A stretch of 53,446 nt of DNA, the filler included, from Diploschistes diacapsis (lineage: Eukaryota): assembly GCA_023645945.1 (NCBI GenBank). It is 3 parts of 3 records of this genome, joined end to end, with 100 filler letters (N's around TTAATTAATTAA, not from the genome) between each part and the next. Parts side by side here need not be neighbours in the genome. Positions count along the whole stretch, not along the records: positions 1 to 17,789 come from JALAIB010000437.1; positions 17,890 to 35,622 come from JALAIB010000438.1; 1 more part is not named here. One strand, 5' to 3'. The position numbers and the translations under genes are program-made. Position 1 is the stretch's first letter. Every line of letters starts with the position of its first letter. The notes below the pieces were generated by a model. The model did not search any database and was not told the DNA's origin. It saw only the letters and a program-made list of their open reading frames with translations. This document shows positions 12,080 to 21,632 of the stretch, one piece after another.

Positions 12080-14917
12080 ATGAGCGACGTGTCAGATACC
12101 ACATGCCATTGTGGCCGCGTCGAGGGAGATGGAGTAACCTGGGCTGCCTGCGAGGCACCTTGGCACATCGGATTTGAGTGGGAGCATGCCGAATGCACGG
12201 GTTTCAGCAGCGATCAGATTGAGCGCTGGGCAGAGGAAGGAATCACCTATTTTTGTAGGGAATGCTGGTCATGCATGATCCAATGCTCTGAGTTCATTGC
12301 CAACAAGTGTCCGCAGTCCCGAGCATTCGACTTAGTGGCGTTCAAGAAACAGTGCAAAGGGTGCCCGCAACATTGCAACATTCTTGAGCCGCACGCACAC
12401 ACTGAAGATAACACTAATGGCGGGCCAGGCGCAGACGACGAGACTTCTGAGGATGGGAATGGAAAAGAAGAGTTCCATGATGCCAGCGAGCAAACCGATC
12501 AAGAAGGATCCAATGAAACTGATGAGACTCTTAGCGAATATGTAGACGATCAGGATGGTGAAGAGAATAGAGCGGCGGACGGCGAAGATGAAGATACACG
12601 GTGCGAGACTAACGACGCTGAGCAAGCCGAGATGGTGGCGGCTCACCTACAGGATGCTGAATCCAGTGCTGAATATGCTGAGAATCTGGAGGATCCTGGT
12701 GCCCAAAATGTAGAGAATGGAGTTGCCCACGGCGAAGACGAAGACGCACATGGCGAGACTGACGACGCTGAGCGAGTTGAGATGCTACAGAACGTCGGTT
12801 TCAACGCTGAATCTCTTGAGGAACGGGATGATGTTGATGGGCAAAACGTAGACAATGGAGCTCAGTACGACAACGCCGGAGAGCTCAACGAGACTTATGA
12901 AACAGAGCAGGCCATTGCAGCACCTAATCAGCAAAACGTCGAAACTCACCGCACATATCAAGGCACTACAGCACGTCTCCCGTGGACCCTCGAAAGCATT
13001 GACCAGCAGGAAGCGATTCTTGCACAGCAGCTTGGTCCACAAGAAGCTCGACGCATAATCAACAATTGTGTGAGAGGCTATCATGGGTTCCATCGATTCG
13101 AAGAGCGTCCTAATGTTGACATCGCCAATGCAAATCCTCTTGTTAACAACCGCCCCGCAACCTCTCCAGAACGTGAAGGACAGAACGAGTCCAACACCAC
13201 TGACACCCAGCCCGATCCACTCACTAGTGATGACGCTCCAGTCAATGACAACCAAGCAGCAAATACCTCGATAAATGATGTTCAACATGCGACTCCAGTC
13301 GATTCCCTTACTGCCAACGACGTTCTGGAAACAGCAGTTCTCCCACCCCAGACTGATTCACTCCTTCGCAACGACGCTCCGGCCAACGACAACCGATCAG
13401 CAGCTACTCCTTTTACCGATGTTCAGCATGCGCCTCCGTTGGCCTTGCCAGCTATCAACAACTTCGAAGAAGGAGCACTTCCAGCAGTTCTCCCAGCCGG
13501 TACCAACATTGAAGCTGCAGCGTTTGGTCTTTCTGCCGCTGATATAAGCCACTTGTTTGAGGAAGAAAACACCAGATTCGCAGATGCTATGTGGACCGCC
13601 CAAAACGAGACTGCAGTCCAAGAATCTATCAATCCTCGGGAAGTGGAGATGCCTAGGCGCCTTAGCAACATCGATCCTGAGTTTCAACGGATGATTGACG
13701 AAGCATACGAGGGCCTCAATATTCCTACCGAAGCGTCAGACAATAATGGCAATATTAGGACCGATGACTCGAGTATGTTCGAAAGGCTTCCAGTACCACA
13801 GCATCGACTCCCAATGCCTCACCTCGAAGAACCACAAAGAACCCGGGTCATACAGCGTCAACTCCCAGAGCCTCACGTTCAGAACGCTTCGCAAAGTCAA
13901 GTTCGGCCGTCTCAAGTCGCGCCTTATCAAGCGCAAGCGCCTGGAGTTCAAGAGTCGGGAGACTATCAGGGACGATACTCTTACCGCAGCTATGATGCGC
14001 AGCAGAACCAGCGTTCCAACGTCCCGGGCGCTCGCCGTAACTGGGCCTCTATCCAAAATGAGCCAAGTCCTTACAGGGCCCAGGACTTTTCGGATCCCTT
14101 CCCCGCCCTCACAACGGCACAAGGTCAGGTGCTACGGCACAGCGCCCAACTCCCACGCGCTGACTTAGAGCGGATGGAGATGCCACCGCCTCCTCGCCCC
14201 GCCAATTTCACCAGGGAGCAGTACCCGGACCTGCCAATGCCACGGGTTAGGCAGTCCTCGCGCAGGCAGCAGGATGCCGCCGTGGTGTCTCCACCTCGCC
14301 TCGACAACTCCTCCGGGGTGGTGTACCCACAGCTGCCAGTGCCGCAGGCCAGGCATTCCTTGCGCCAGCAGCAGGATGCCGCCCTGATGCCGCCTCCGCC
14401 AAGACCGCAGAATGCGGGTCAAGCTCAGGCTCCGACCGGTCGACCCTCGCTGGACGGGGTGGAGGATCTGGAGTCGGACAGTGAGGAGGGTGAGGAGGGT
14501 GAAGGGGGGCAGCAGCCGGTGAAGAAGAGGAAGCCGCAGCGGCCATGGGCGCTCGACTGGGATTTCATGACGGACGTCATGGTTCGCTCAATTGACGATC
14601 CGAGCCACAGGGGATGGTGCGGGGCCGACCATTATCGGTTGGCCTCAGACGAACTGTACAAGGCGATACAGTATCGGAGAGGGGAGGACTCCGTAAAGAC
14701 CTGGTGGAACCGAGACGGGAGGATACTTGCGGAGGAGAAACTGGGGAGGTCCCTCGAGGAGCGGCGCCCGACCAAAGATGGTAGCGCCAGGCAGCCAAGA
14801 AACTCGTGTCGCCCATCAAAGAGGAAGCTACCGGAGGAAGACCACGGTGACGACGATGACGGCAACGGGAATGGTCGTGTTACCAAGCGTGGTCGTCTTG
14901 GTAGCGCAGGATCTTGA
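12080..14917 (+). CDS. Hypothetical nuclear protein, 945 aa: N-terminal PHD finger, long acidic disordered middle, C-terminal Myb/SANT-like motif
   Basis: Single long ORF with start context CACCATG. C4HC3 spacing: CHC...WAACE...WEHAECTG...YFCREC. Basic NLS-like KKRK and KRK. C-terminal RPW...R.EDSVKTWWNR resembles Myb helix 3. Confidence 0.8.
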   Translation: MSDVSDTTCHCGRVEGDGVTWAACEAPWHIGFEWEHAECTGFSSDQIERWAEEGITYFCRECWSCMIQCSEFIANKCPQSRAFDLVAFKKQCKGCPQHCNILEPHAHTEDNTNGGPGADDETSEDGNGKEEFHDASEQTDQEGSNETDETLSEYVDDQDGEENRAADGEDEDTRCETNDAEQAEMVAAHLQDAESSAEYAENLEDPGAQNVENGVAHGEDEDAHGETDDAERVEMLQNVGFNAESLEERDDVDGQNVDNGAQYDNAGELNETYETEQAIAAPNQQNVETHRTYQGTTARLPWTLESIDQQEAILAQQLGPQEARRIINNCVRGYHGFHRFEERPNVDIANANPLVNNRPATSPEREGQNESNTTDTQPDPLTSDDAPVNDNQAANTSINDVQHATPVDSLTANDVLETAVLPPQTDSLLRNDAPANDNRSAATPFTDVQHAPPLALPAINNFEEGALPAVLPAGTNIEAAAFGLSAADISHLFEEENTRFADAMWTAQNETAVQESINPREVEMPRRLSNIDPEFQRMIDEAYEGLNIPTEASDNNGNIRTDDSSMFERLPVPQHRLPMPHLEEPQRTRVIQRQLPEPHVQNASQSQVRPSQVAPYQAQAPGVQESGDYQGRYSYRSYDAQQNQRSNVPGARRNWASIQNEPSPYRAQDFSDPFPALTTAQGQVLRHSAQLPRADLERMEMPPPPRPANFTREQYPDLPMPRVRQSSRRQQDAAVVSPPRLDNSSGVVYPQLPVPQARHSLRQQQDAALMPPPPRPQNAGQAQAPTGRPSLDGVEDLESDSEEGEEGEGGQQPVKKRKPQRPWALDWDFMTDVMVRSIDDPSHRGWCGADHYRLASDELYKAIQYRRGEDSVKTWWNRDGRILAEEKLGRSLEERRPTKDGSARQPRNSCRPSKRKLPEEDHGDDDDGNGNGRVTKRGRLGSAGS

Positions 14918-15164
14918 GTGGCAGTTTCTCCTCCCTGGGCGTTTGGTGTTTTTTTTGCTTTTGCTTTTGCTTTTTTGCTTTTTGCTTTTTGCTTTTCGGC
15001 TTCTCTTGGCACCCCGGGAATGGCTGGACTTTCTGCCGGTGGTGCTTTTGAGCGGTCGCTGAGCTGAGCGATGTCAGGCCTTTCACTTAAGCTCGACAGC
15101 CAACTTCACTGATAAAACGCAAAAAAATAACTTTTCTCTTTGGTTTTGCAATCCTCTCAGCAAG

Positions 15165-16660
15165 ATGGAGGACATTGATATGGACATTGACTTTGACGAG
15201 CCAATTGAGGCTACAGTGAGATCACCTTCACCTGCTACTGACTGGCTTGCATTGCTAACTTCACGTTTAGGAAGTGCACCCTGACTTCGACACCATTGCT
15301 GTTGAGGCAGTCACCGAACAGCCAGACGACTCAGCACTTGCAACCGATGAGCCGGTTCCAAACAAGATACACATCCGTGGCCTGGATGAGTTGACTACGA
15401 AAGACATCGAAGGCTACTCCGACGAACACTATCCATCTCAAAAGCCAAAGGTAGAATGGATAGACGGTGAGCCTGACCATTCCCATCCTAGACGCAGTCT
15501 TCCTTTTTGCTCACACTGCTCCTTTAGACACATCCGCGAATCTGGTATTCGCTGACCCCGACATAGCGCTGGAAGCTCTCACTTCGCTTTCCGTTACTTT
15601 CAACAGCTCCCTCCCGCATAACCTCCAGCTCCGCAGCGCGAAGCCCTCATCCGCACATCCCTCCTTAGACCTCCAGGTTCGTATAGCCACGACCACCGAC
15701 CGTAAACCTCTCCGCGCGCACGCGCGGTCTCGATTCTACATGATGCATCCAGAGCACGACCCGCGCGAGCATCGCCGCCAAGACTCCTCTACACCTCGCA
15801 CCAACAACTCCCGTCGAAGCGACCGCTCTTCCAGACGCAGGCGCTCCGTGGAACGTAATCGCTTCGACGAGTCCCTCTACGATGACACCTCCGAGGCCCG
15901 CAACCGTGCAACAGCACCACGTGCCCATCATCGCCGCAGCCGACGCGGCTCCCGCTCTTCCATCTCCTCAAACCTGCATTCCTCACGCTCTGACTCTCGA
16001 GCCCGTGACCGCAGCGCCTCTCCCACCCGCGCCAACAATGCCCGCCGCACCGACCGCCGCCGCACTCCCCCACCAATGCGCCACTCCCGCACCAACCCCA
16101 ACCCCGCTACTCAGCGTGAGAACCTTGGCAAAGAGCTCTTCCCCAACGGCGCACCCTCCTCCTCGACTACAACCAGCAACAAGGCCGCCGCAAGCACCAT
16201 CAAGAAAGAGCTCTTCCCGCACCTCAAGTCCCGCTCACACCCCAGCTCGTCCTCATTCCACCGCCGCACACAGTCCATTGACGTAACGCACGATACCAAC
16301 ACCACAACCTCCGAGGCTCTGGCCTCGAGCCTAGCGACAAAAATGGTGACGCCCCTAGTCGACGGCGTTGGTTCCGACGAAGCTTCTTCATTCCCGCTGC
16401 GTTCCGACGGCATGCGGGTAAAGAACACATCTACAAGCACTGATACCAGAAGCAGAACGGTCGCCAGCAGTAATGTGGGATTCAATATCCGGGGCACAGC
16501 GAGTATGAACTCGTCGCAGGGCATAGGCTTTACTATCAGAGGCACGGCGGAGCAGAGGGTCAAGGAGCTTTTCCCGGTGAAGGTGGGGAACAAGGGGAAG
16601 GAGCTGTTTGCAAATAAGAATAAGGGCATGGAAAGGAAGAGGGCGGATATGTTTTACTAA
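15165..16660 (+). CDS. NCBP3-like (DUF2414) RRM protein; exons 15165-15215, 15271-15466, 15528-16660
   Basis: Splicing two GT-AG introns gives KIHIRGLDELTTKDI...KVEWIDDTSANLVF...LQVRIATTTDRK...RSRFY; R/S-rich middle and repeated KELFP motifs. Confidence 0.85.
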
Positions 16661-17789
16661 TTGCTCACCTGTGGTATCAACCTCTTTGATCGAGGCTTGA
16701 TAGGCAGCAGATGGTGGCGAATACTGGGCCGCTGGGCTCTATGCAGGCATGATGGTGATGAAAAGTAGCATGGGCTTTGGCGTCTTAGTTCTCGAATTAG
16801 TTAGTTATTTAGTTTGCATTTTCTGCTTGGTTTTTGGTTTGGTATGGCTTTGGCTTTTGTTCGGCCCTTGATTTGATTCTTGGCTTTTGCCCGACCGCAA
16901 TGATGATACCCCCTCGGCTTTATTTGATTTGGTCTGGCACTGTTACGGGACAACGGGCGTGGAGTTGCATTTGGCGGAAAGAGATGGCGTTGGGTTTTCT
17001 GAACGGATTTGGCCAATATCCGCTTGCAGAGTGCAGAGGCAGCTAGGAACCTTCGAGATAGGAATCGCATCTCTGCTCAAGACTTGGAGATATGATCTGG
17101 CGCTTGTGATTCGTGATCTGTGATCTGTGGCCTGCGCTCGTTCTTGCGCTTCGAGCTTGCACTTTGTGCATTTATGCTTCAGGAAGACGGCGAGAATGGC
17201 GAATGCGTCCTACTATACAGTAGATTTGGAGAAGCTTAGGTACCTAGAGACCCAGGTCCTTTGCCGAGTCGAGGGTCGACATGAAGTTCGAATCGACGGG
17301 GTGTCATTCCTCCCGCACATCCCTGCAGCAATCTGCTTGACCTCCGACATACCATAACAGAGTTGCCGTACATATACGCTACTACGCTACGCACTGTGAC
17401 AGGAGCAAAAGTACTTGGTAGCTAGATACTTCCCATCCAGCTCCTCCGTTAATTGCTATTCTCTCATGTTAAGGTCATATGAGGACCATGTAAATGAACA
17501 TATATCACGGGGGGGTAGCGACCTCGTCGTACAATCCTTTGAGAATTATGACTGCTTGCATACACGTATACTCACGCTTTGAGTATAAAATAACATCGTT
17601 TCGGGAATTCGAGAAACTGAGAGCACGCTTTTGATGGCCGTTATTCACGTTCATGACCACGTTCAGTTCCCCTTACTCCGGGTAGCGGCCCTTCCAAAAC
17701 GCCTTGATCCTTTCCTGTCTTTCCCCTTCAAGCCAACTCCCCTCCTTTTCGTTCTCCTCCACCTCCCCCGACCAGCCTCCTTTCCATCC

Positions 17790-17889
17790 NNNNNNNNNNN
17801 NNNNNNNNNNNNNNNNNNNNNNNNNNNNNNNNNTTAATTAATTAANNNNNNNNNNNNNNNNNNNNNNNNNNNNNNNNNNNNNNNNNNNN
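17790..17889. other. Assembly gap with six-frame-stop spacer
   Basis: 44 N + TTAATTAATTAA + 44 N; fixed 100-nt construct. Confidence 0.99.
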
Positions 17890-18829
17890 AACATCACCGG
17901 CGTCTGTGCCCCCTCATCCACCTGCTTGAACCCCTTCCCATTCGTCATATCCGTCGCCACATAGCCGGGACAGCACGCATTGATCAGCCTCTTCCCCCCC
18001 CTCCCTTCCTCCTCCCTCGCCATCACCCGCGTGAACCCCGTCACACCGGCCTTGGACACCATGTACGCGCTGGCCGGCCAGCCGTCCTTCTCCGTCGTAT
18101 CGCCCGCAACCGACGCCTTGAACGCCTCCATCAGGCCCGTGATCTGTGGCACCGACGTCGCGCCGAGGAACACCTTTTTATGGGAAGCGGAATACTTGTT
18201 GCGCAGGCTTCCCGCCATGCTGGACACGTTGACCAGCCGCCCGTGCGGCTTCAGCAGCGGCAGCAGGACCTCGCTCGCCTCGAGCGTGCCGTAGTAGTTC
18301 ACCTGTAGCGTCTGCTCGACGACCGTGGAATCTGGGGCTCGCGCTCAGCATCAGGTCGCGGGTTGTTTGCATCCATAAGGGGGGAGGAGGAGGAGAAGGA
18401 GGGTGGTACGCACTGAAGCCCGATTTTGCGATCCCGGCGTTGTTCACCACAATGTCGATGCCGTCCGGGTGCTCTTTATTGAGGAAGGCGGCAAAGTCTT
18501 GGATGCTTTTCGTGGAGGAGATGTCGAGCGTGTGGAACGCGATGTCTGTGAGGCCACCGTGCTCGCGCAGAGCGCCGGCGGAGGAGAGCTGCGGGTCGCG
18601 CCGGAGGCTCCGCAGAGCTTCCTCACCGCGGGACTGGTCGCGGGCGGTGAGGTAGACGAGGAAGGGGCCACTGTTGAGGCTGGCTTTGGGATACTGCAGG
18701 GCGAGGTTGCGGACGATGGCGAGGCCGATCCCCTGGTTCGGGCTGATTAGTGACATTACTCGCATGATGGAAGCTGAGGAGAGGTACCTTGTTCGCGCCT
18801 GTAACGACTGCGACGGTCTTGTGAGACAT
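17890..18829 (-). CDS. Classical SDR, carbonyl reductase (CBR1)-like; exons 18829-18788, 18732-18414, 18331-17890; C-terminus lost in the gap
   Basis: Spliced product contains VTGANK|GIG, NNAG, VNYYGT, VNVSS, catalytic YMVSK and [10 protein letters not shown]; both introns are GT-AG and preserve frame. Confidence 0.93.
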
Positions 18830-19515
18830 GTTCTTGGAATGGATGGTATAGTATTGAATGCAGAATTAGCAAGAAGAACGTAGTCGGAGACCTGAATAGA
18901 TACTGTTACCGTATCTTCCAGTCCATGAGGCTAAAGGTTAATTGGTAAGAATCAAGGACGTCATGCTAACAGGGTGACTTCGCGCCTGCTTCTACAGTAC
19001 TAGGCTAAAAGTAGGAATCAAAAAAGTTTTCGTCTAGCCTTTATATCTCTGCTGAAGTGTCCTTAAAAATTCGGAAAAAAATCCTAAGCTTTTTAAAGCT
19101 TTGATTTAATTCTCCTAATTTTTCTTTATTTGTATGTATAAAGTTGGGTCGATTTCGGAAACGGGGGGATCTAATTACTTTTGGTAGTATACCTTACCGT
19201 GGATCTCGGGAGCACTTCCGGCCTCTACCAGATCCCGATGCTAAAGGCGCCGCTCTTGATTGGCTTATCCCCCTGTGATTTCGTCTCGTATCTCAAGAAG
19301 AACCGAAAGGCTTGACAGCTTTTCTTCTTGAAAACATGTTACATGAGACGGAGATTTCCCGTTCTGAGGTTCCAGGGTTGTGTGTATCGGGTCAGAAGAG
19401 CACGTTAGAAGGACACCAGAAGGATAAATGCACTTCCAACACTTCGCAATAAATCATCAATACAATGTTGCCGCTGCAATATTTTCACGCCCCTTGACCA
19501 AACTGTACCACTTCA

Positions 19516-20022
19516 GATGTCCTTCTTGAGATCCTTCACATCATTCGTCAGCCATCTTTCGAGAAGGTGTGCTGGACCTTGTTCTCAAGCCCTTTGATCG
19601 GGTCTGACAGCATCATGGGTCCGCTTTTTGGATGAGGCAACGAGTTTCCGACCTTTGGCTTGTTCTTGCCCTTGACGTACGGATCCATCTGCTTGATGGC
19701 CTTGGCTCCTTTGTCAATGAAGTCGCCCGGACTCTGCTTCATAGCCTTCAATATGCGTGTCTGCAGCGCGTGCGCACCAGGATATCGTCGCCTAGCAGGT
19801 CACTGGCTCGTAGTTGCTCGATGCAGTACTTCGCTACCGGGTCGGTAAAGGCGTCCGCTGAGCGAGCGCAGAGGCCGAGATCGTTCATTGCGGTTAGGCG
19901 TCGGCAAGGTAGGCGTCCCGAGCGCAGAGGTCGTAGCCATAGCCGTCGTCGTAGTAGCTGGCAGCACCGAGAGAGATGTTGCTGGAGAGAATAGCGAGGG
20001 CGAGAGTAGATGTGAGACGCAT
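19516..20022 (-). pseudogene. Probable disrupted small secreted (prepro-peptide-like) gene
   Basis: Signal-like MRLTSTLALAILSSNISLGAA followed by YDLCARDAYLADA* (stop at 19894); a second LCARSADA in another frame; a Lys-rich segment ILKAMKQ...FSKDG* in a third frame. Confidence 0.45.
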
Positions 20023-21632
20023 TTTGGAGGCTTTGGCTGATCTGCTTTGGAGGGTATAAACAAGGGATAGGATGGGGCTTCGATGTCTTGTGCTCTCTAA
20101 ATTTGTATTCTTAGGTTTTTTGATTGATATGGTTCTAGTCATTCATATGCTGGACAGCTGCTTTATCTAAGAGTCACAATCCTAATAGTGGTTCTAGCGC
20201 AGACCCCATTGAGCAATGAGTGCTCTGGGAAACAGGCCGGTCCGCATGCCATACCGAACCTGAAGTGAGTTGCATCCTGTTGTTGGGAGTTTGTATACGC
20301 ATGCGGCCCGAAGGACCCAACTTCGGGCAAGCTTTGAACCTGTTCCTTGTTCGTACTGTCCGGGCTGAGCTTCAGTTTCGGCTACTTGGTTAGTTGTAAA
20401 AGATTTCCTCAGATTGAAGGCTTGAGTGTCTTTGTATGATGTTGTTGGTCATTTCTGTATAGGAGTGGGGTGAAGTTGCATGAGGATCGAGGCGTGCTTG
20501 GTATCGCCCAGATTCCTATAAGGAGGCAAATGAAACCTCTCGACCTCGATGAGACTTGACCGTTATCTTTGACCAGCCCAGCGCGTCCTATCTTCAGTAC
20601 TGCTTTATTCCAGATTTCCTCTTCATGATAATTTTTCAGTTGAATGGTTGGTATACATGGCATTAAGCATCGACGTCCAGGTATGACATCCATGGCTCAC
20701 TCACGGTGCTTTTTGCGCAAAGATGCTCTAAAGACGAACGACGCACCAACTAAGCAAGGCAATAGCATCCAGGAACCACTGCCATGAGTCGTTAAACATC
20801 TCGTAAATAAGGATCAGGAACGTCTGTTGTACCTTGTAATCAAAGTCCTTCCGAAGGTTAGCCGGACCTCAACTTACCTTCTTCACCAGCCCCTTGGCTT
20901 AGTGTACCGTGACTGATTCAGCAAAAATGAGTTATGGATGCTTTCCTTCCTAGTCAGCAAGGTTTCGATTACGCATGGCCTGAAGGAAGACCCCTAAATT
21001 GCTTCGGAAGGGGGGAATGAATATTCCCGTCGGTCAGAGGCGCTTTATTCGGAACTCTTGGGTTCAACCTGTCGATCTCGAGTAACAGACAAATGTTGCG
21101 GTATTGGACGCTACAGAGCGCGCCCATCACACTGGGCGTTGTTCCAGGCTGTAGACGATAGCAATGACATAGCATGCTGAAATCAGGATAGGCGAAAATG
21201 AAGGAGTCCAAGTACGTAGTTGGCGATGCAAGTCTTCCTAACCTTCTTACCCAAGATCTCTCTTCCTAGATCTCAGAGCCATGTGCTGAACCAATCTCTA
21301 GGGATGTGTAGTGTCCCAAGCATGGACTCAACCAGCGCAAATGCTGTTCCGAGCATATGCTTCCGTAGCAAAATCGCAGTGTCTCCGCAAGTATAGTCTC
21401 TCACTAGAATTTATAAGCTTCGCCTACTTATAGTTGCCGATTCTCCTGCCAATCTCTTTATACCGAGGAATCGCCACTTTTTACACACTAGAATTGGCTC
21501 ACAACGCCATTTTCATAAGCTTTGAGCAGCGCCAAAAAGACAGCCGAGAACGCACGTAGTAAAGTCAAACATCAAGCCCAGCGATTGCATGGAGGATATC
21601 GAAGCAGCTCTCCATACAGGGGCAGCCATGAC

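Noticed and set aside
17834..17845. TTAATTAATTAA palindrome (also 35667-35678)
   Set aside because: Centred in identical N runs; artificial stop spacer. Gene order across these gaps should be treated with some caution.
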